From assembly GCA_036338595.1 (NCBI GenBank), contig JAYZBV010000004.1, positions 1 through 11,474 on the forward strand: a stretch of DNA of 11,474 nt. The letters run 5' to 3'. Positions 7,252 through 11,474 of this stretch are shown in pieces. Below the pieces are notes generated by a model. That model was not told the DNA's origin and did not search any database. It saw only the letters and a program-made list of their open reading frames with translations. The first letter of the stretch is position 1. Each line of letters starts with the position of its first letter. The stretch is from Planctomycetota bacterium (lineage in GTDB: Bacteria > Planctomycetota > UBA8108 > UBA1146). A program made the translations under genes and the position numbers.

Positions 7252-9755
7252 GCTCCTGGGATCGTCCAGTCATCCGAATCCAGTGGCAATTCCGTAGCCG
7301 GCGGCTCGGGTGGAGCCACAGGAGGAGGCGGTGGAGGGGCAGGTTCCTGGGGTGGCTCGATGGCTGCTGGATTTGGTTTCACCACCTCGCGGGCAGGAGC
7401 CTCCTCGGAGCCGAAGATGGGTCGGTCGGTGGAACTTGTTTCGACAGCAGGCGACGGTGGTGGCGCAGGGGTGCGTCTCTTGCGCAGAGGCGGATCGGTC
7501 ATCGGTTCTGGAACTTGGGAAATTCCGAAAGATGCCAGATCCATATCGATGTGATCGACGCCAACTTCGGTTTCGATCAGAAGATCGAAACTATCGCGCG
7601 CGTCACTATCGAGATCGGGATGAGCGACGAACACCTGCGACAGTTCCTGACTCAATCGTGGCAACGCCTGAAGGGTACGAAGTACGCGCATTCGATCCAT
7701 CGCCGGGAACGGCTCATCGAGGAACAAGAACTGTGGCGCCTCGGTCACTGCACGCACAAAAGCCTGGGCGAAAGCGAGCCGGAAACCAAAAGAAAGCCCC
7801 TGCAGCGTCCCACCTGACAACTCGTGAGCTTGCAGGAAATCACTCTTCTCCCCGGTAAAGAGACGGATCTCGAACTCCGGTGTGACCTGGGCATCGCGAT
7901 AACGACCACCGGTCAGATGCGGCAACAATCGACAGAGACCCTTACCCAGACTGGGTCCGGCGCGCATCCGTACCGATTCGATGGTCTCCTCGAGAAGTTC
8001 GACCAGCAAACGGTGAATGTCCATCTCCTCGCGAATCTCCAGCGATTTCTTGCGCAAGCCATTGGAGAACTCTTCAAGAGCCCTTCGACGCCCATCCTGG
8101 TTCTGATACTCGCGAATCTCACTCTGGATTCGATCGCGTTTCGAACGAAGACGTTTCACTGAATCATTGGAGTCGTCGAGATTCTTACGTCGCTCCTTGA
8201 GGGTCGCGCGAACTCGATCAAGCGGGCTCTTCAGACTCCTTGAAAGATGCTCTCCGGGCTTGTCTCCCATTTCTCCGTGTAGATCGCGACGCGATTTGCG
8301 CAATACATCGAGGATGTTCTGGACTGCAGAAACCTGACACTCTCCGACCTCGTCGCCAGGATCCAGTCCGCCGGAAGACAGCGCCAGATGAGCACGCGCG
8401 GCCTCGAGCGAACTCTTACCCACTTCCAGTTCCATGCGCAGACGCGAGACGATGCCATCCGCATCCAGACCGGCTTGTTTTGCAGTCGAAGCACGTGAAG
8501 CGAGCCAGCAGGCAATGACAAAAAACGCAGCGCCTGCCGCAGCGACCAGAAATCCGATGCGTGGTTCCTCGGTGAACCCCTCGAGTAACGGTACGTATTC
8601 ACCGAGACCCCACTGGTACTGGTGGTCGATCCCGAGAACGATACCCCCAAGACCTGCCAGAAATACCAGTACAGCCAGTGCCCGGTACTTCTTCAGCGCC
8701 GCACTTGCCTCGGCGATGATGTTCTTTTGCTGCTGAAGATCGACCTCGATGGATCCATCCTGATCGCCCTCGACACGCGCCTCGAGTGAATCACGGGCTT
8801 CCTCGACGCGGGTCCCGAGAAGACTACGGATCTTGAAGGAGCTGGCGAACTTCTCCAGACCATCGCGTAGAGGATCACTGACAGACTCCTGATTCCTCAG
8901 AGCTTCCGGCATCAGATCGGACTGCAGCAGACCGATGAGCCCATTGCACTTTCTCAAGGCCTCACCAGATTCCATAGAATCGAGAGAGCGCAGCTCATTC
9001 TGGATCTTCTGCACCTCGTCTCGCTTCTTTTGTTCGAGCTCGACCTGGCGCTGTAGATCTCTCACCCGCGATCTTGCTTCTTCCACCTTGTTGTCACGAT
9101 CACCCAGATCTATTTCGAGCTCAGGGATCTTGTCGATGTTCGGCTGCAAACGAGAGATGTGAACATCATTTTTTCGGATCTCATCCTGGACCGATGTGAA
9201 ATCCTTCTCCAGCAAGTCGAGTGCATCGCTGGCGTCACCCCGAGCACCGTGCAGAACATCAATGCCGGCGACCCGATCGAGGAAAGCGCGAAACTGCTCG
9301 GGATTGGTGACCGACTCGCGCTCGGCGAGGTAAAACGATTGCAGAGTCTCGCCCGCACCGAGATGAAAGCGGCGCTGCACTTCTCTTTGCACCTGGATGA
9401 TTCCGGAGGCGATCTCCTCGCCTGGTGCTCCGCTTGAACTGGAGATTCTCATCAATCGCGCAAAAGAGGTCCCTAACCGATCCATCTCTCGCCAGATTCG
9501 ATAACCCTCGCCATCGTGCTCGATGTCGAGTTCGACAACGCAATGATCATCTTCCCAGTGGATCAAATCGATGATGGACCCGCGCACGACATGATGAGTG
9601 GTGCCGAAGATAGCAAACTGAAACAGTTGCCCGATCGTTGATTTGCCACTCTCGTTGGGACCGATGATTCCGATCAGACCACGACGAGGAAAGTTCTCGA
9701 TGCGGAGTTTGCGGAACTTGAGAAATCCCTCCGCGCGGAGGCTTCGGATCAGCAC
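7248..9755 (-). CDS. SMC-like ABC-type ATPase (SbcC/Rad50/YhaN-like) with central transmembrane hairpin and Pro-rich tail
   Basis: N-terminal MLIRSLRAEGF, Walker A GPNESGKST, long coiled-coil-like segments, signature LSGG, Walker B FLFLDEPF, D-loop, H-loop VFVAH; two hydrophobic segments at about aa 359-376 and 400-419; GTG start with G-rich SD. Confidence 0.88.
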   Translation of the reverse strand: MLIRSLRAEGFLKFRKLRIENFPRRGLIGIIGPNESGKSTIGQLFQFAIFGTTHHVVRGSIIDLIHWEDDHCVVELDIEHDGEGYRIWREMDRLGTSFARLMRISSSSGAPGEEIASGIIQVQREVQRRFHLGAGETLQSFYLAERESVTNPEQFRAFLDRVAGIDVLHGARGDASDALDLLEKDFTSVQDEIRKNDVHISRLQPNIDKIPELEIDLGDRDNKVEEARSRVRDLQRQVELEQKKRDEVQKIQNELRSLDSMESGEALRKCNGLIGLLQSDLMPEALRNQESVSDPLRDGLEKFASSFKIRSLLGTRVEEARDSLEARVEGDQDGSIEVDLQQQKNIIAEASAALKKYRALAVLVFLAGLGGIVLGIDHQYQWGLGEYVPLLEGFTEEPRIGFLVAAAGAAFFVIACWLASRASTAKQAGLDADGIVSRLRMELEVGKSSLEAARAHLALSSGGLDPGDEVGECQVSAVQNILDVLRKSRRDLHGEMGDKPGEHLSRSLKSPLDRVRATLKERRKNLDDSNDSVKRLRSKRDRIQSEIREYQNQDGRRRALEEFSNGLRKKSLEIREEMDIHRLLVELLEETIESVRMRAGPSLGKGLCRLLPHLTGGRYRDAQVTPEFEIRLFTGEKSDFLQAHELSGGTLQGLSFGFRLAFAQAFVRAVTEAPQFLFLDEPFPAMDRMRVLRTLQALPRLSQELSQVFVAHPDLDSDARDSFDLLIETEVGVDHIDMDLASFGISQVPEPMTDPPLRKRRTPAPPPSPAVETSSTDRPIFGSEEAPAREVVKPNPAAIEPPQEPAPPPPPPVAPPEPPATELPLDSDDWTIPGA

Positions 9756-10009
9756 GGGTCACCCCCCGCGTCGAGTTCGGTGCCGTACTCTCGCTCGGCG
9801 ATGAACTTCTCACCGAGGCGTCTGGCCATCTCGTATTTATGGCGGCTCTCGGCGTCGACCTTTCCCTCGAATGCGCGTTTCTTCATCTCGAACAGGCGCC
9901 GAAACTCCTCCATCGGTGGACGAATCGCCAGGCCATCGAGCAGCCATCCGGAATCATCGGATTCTGGTGACGGGTACTGGTCCTCGCCTGCAGTGTCTTT
10001 ACTCGGCAT
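9749..10009 (-). CDS. Small hypothetical protein, 86 aa
   Basis: Fills the gap between tsaE and the ATPase on the same strand; ATG with purine-rich upstream sequence; stop overlaps the ATPase start (GTGCTGA); protein-like charged helical composition. Confidence 0.7.
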   Translation of the reverse strand: MPSKDTAGEDQYPSPESDDSGWLLDGLAIRPPMEEFRRLFEMKKRAFEGKVDAESRHKYEMARRLGEKFIAEREYGTELDAGGDPC

Positions 10010-10039
10010 CGTTTCTCGATCCTGGTTCGGTTACGCCCG

Positions 10040-10070
10040 AAAGGAAAAGTCCACAGACTCCGATTGTGGA
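10040..10070 (-). terminator. Possible weak intrinsic terminator or processing hairpin after tsaE
   Basis: Minus strand TCCACA, 9-nt loop, TGTGGA followed by CTTTTCCTTT. Short stem, large loop. Confidence 0.3.
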
Positions 10071-10096
10071 GGCCAACCGCACTCTTTCAAGTTGCT

Positions 10097-10585
10097 TCAA
10101 GAAACGATCGCCTGCTCGAATACGCGGCCAACCGTGTCCGCAGCCGCTTCTCCTGTGGCGCGTATTGTGGCTGTACGCACTTCTGGCCCCCCATGGGCCA
10201 GATCAACCCGCAAACGTCTCGCTGGCAGGATCGGCTCGACTCGATCTGCCCATTCGACCGCGATGACACCATCGACCAGCCAATCATCCCAGCCATGGAG
10301 GGCCAGTTCGCCCGGATCATCGAGACGATAGGCATCGACATGAAGTAATGACAGGGGCCCGGCATGCAAGGAAGCGATGGTGAAAGTCGGGCTTCGAACC
10401 ATCCCCTCGACACCGAGTCCACGGGCCAATCCTCGCACCAGCGCAGTCTTGCCCGCGCCCAGTTCGCCGCGTAGATCGATCACGAGACCGCAGCCGGCAA
10501 CCTTTCCGATGCGCTCGCCGAGCGCTTCGGTCACCTCCACTCCGACCAGTTCCAGCTGGTGAAAGCCTTCCGCTGCAGTTGTCAC
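10097..10585 (-). CDS. tsaE: tRNA threonylcarbamoyladenosine biosynthesis ATPase TsaE (about 162 aa)
   Basis: Motifs GELGAGKT, VRGLARGLG, SPTF, HVDAYRL, VEWADR. Start moved from 10714 to GTG 10585, with SD GGGAGG upstream. Confidence 0.93.
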   Translation of the reverse strand: MTTAAEGFHQLELVGVEVTEALGERIGKVAGCGLVIDLRGELGAGKTALVRGLARGLGVEGMVRSPTFTIASLHAGPLSLLHVDAYRLDDPGELALHGWDDWLVDGVIAVEWADRVEPILPARRLRVDLAHGGPEVRTATIRATGEAAADTVGRVFEQAIVS

Positions 10586-10608
10586 TGATATGCCTCCCTG
10601 CACGAACG

Positions 10609-10637
10609 AGCCTATCGGTGCCAAGAAACGTCCACAA
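10609..10637 (-). promoter_or_regulatory. Putative sigma70-type promoter of the tsaE cluster
   Basis: Minus strand TTGTGG (10637-10632), 17-bp spacer, TAGGCT (10614-10609), directly upstream of the tsaE SD. Confidence 0.45.
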
Positions 10638-10691
10638 CCCTGCTGGCGTTCGATCCGATCAAGCGGGAAAATACCCACTGGAGTCATCTGC

Positions 10692-11474
10692 ATGTCGAAC
10701 CAGCAACAAATCACTGTCCAGCCGTTGGTGATCGCCGTCGCCCTGCTGGTGCTATCGATGCCAGCGGTGCTGGGCGACGATCTGCGCGAGGTCGAACTTC
10801 CTGGACCTCCGATGGCAGGTCCAGGCCGTATTCCACACCATCACTCGAACGCCACCCTCGACCAGATCACCCAGCTTGCCCCGCGAAATCCGTTCGGCAC
10901 CGCTTCCTTCCAGATCTACACCTGGATCGTGAGTCGCCAGGGAGCACTGGTCCTCCCCCCCCATGGTCTTCCGATCGGTTCCCGCGGAACGGTGCTGATT
11001 CCACCAAGCGAACTGGTGCTGGCAAACTGGCAGAAGACACTGCCCGATGGTTTCCTTGGCTATTCCCTGAGAAACCTGCCAACGATTCCCATCGATGGGG
11101 TGAATCCACTGCTGTGGCACTCAGGGCGTCAAGAGGAAGCGAGACGACAACTGGCCGAGGCGATCGAGCGAGCTGACCGAGCCACCGCATCGATTTTGCT
11201 GCGCCGAACCGACCTCGTCGAAGATGTAAATCCAGAAATTCTCAAGTGGATCCGCAGCGACCTAGCCATCACCTCTCCCTGGCATCAAACCGATCACCTC
11301 CATGATTTTGAAGCACCGCAGTTGCTGGATCATCAGGTGAAGGCTCAGTTACCGATGGCCCAACTGGAGACTCGGCCCGACAAAGGCTCCTTCTCCGCCT
11401 ATGCCTACAGGCAGGGATTGACTACTCGACGTAGCCCCATCGCTGATTTCCATCCGCTGCAAAGAGACGACTTC
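10692..11474 (+). CDS. Hypothetical secreted protein, 3'-truncated by the window edge (at least 261 aa)
   Basis: Manual translation from ATG 10692 (GGAG at 10680-10683) is stop-free to the window end: MSNQQQITVQPLVIAVALLVLSMPAVLG-DDLREVELPG...; hydrophobic N-terminal signal-like segment. Not in the ORF track. Confidence 0.75.
   Translation, partial: MSNQQQITVQPLVIAVALLVLSMPAVLGDDLREVELPGPPMAGPGRIPHHHSNATLDQITQLAPRNPFGTASFQIYTWIVSRQGALVLPPHGLPIGSRGTVLIPPSELVLANWQKTLPDGFLGYSLRNLPTIPIDGVNPLLWHSGRQEEARRQLAEAIERADRATASILLRRTDLVEDVNPEILKWIRSDLAITSPWHQTDHLHDFEAPQLLDHQVKAQLPMAQLETRPDKGSFSAYAYRQGLTTRRSPIADFHPLQRDDF

Noticed and set aside
7248..9755. Assignment to a known SMC-based defence system (Wadjet, Lamassu) or to canonical Smc/MukB
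   Set aside because: No JetA/B/D, effector nuclease, kleisin or hinge domain is recognisable in the window, and the context is housekeeping.
10586..10714. N-terminal extension of TsaE; sigma54-like TGGCAC on the minus strand near 10623
   Set aside because: The extension overlaps the promoter region and the divergent gene start; the sigma54 candidate lacks the GC at the required GG-N10-GC spacing.

Overview
GC-rich bacterial chromosomal window, mostly housekeeping genes, from a diderm (LpxH, lipoproteins); a Planctomycetota-like origin is only an inference. Left to right: a truncated hypothetical lipoprotein on the minus strand (<1..633, absent from the ORF track); a divergent intergenic region with a TTGCCC(A) repeat/palindrome array; a CPA1 Na+/H+ antiporter coupled to thiL (+); a convergent class II lysS (-); back-to-back sigma70-like promoters; a stand-alone 75-aa coiled-coil lipoprotein with a strong terminator (+); a minus-strand cluster tsaE - 86-aa ORF - membrane-anchored SbcC/Rad50/YhaN-like ATPase - lpxH - miaA; and a truncated secreted hypothetical protein (10692..>11474, also absent from the ORF track). 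I found no rRNA, tRNA, CRISPR array or mobile element. The best candidates for undescribed biology are (i) the SMC-like ATPase with a transmembrane hairpin in place of a Zn-hook, no adjacent SbcD/YhaO nuclease, a coupled small upstream ORF and a coupled lpxH, and (ii) the small lipoprotein with Lpp-like gene architecture. No database searches were run; family calls rest on motifs recognised by eye.
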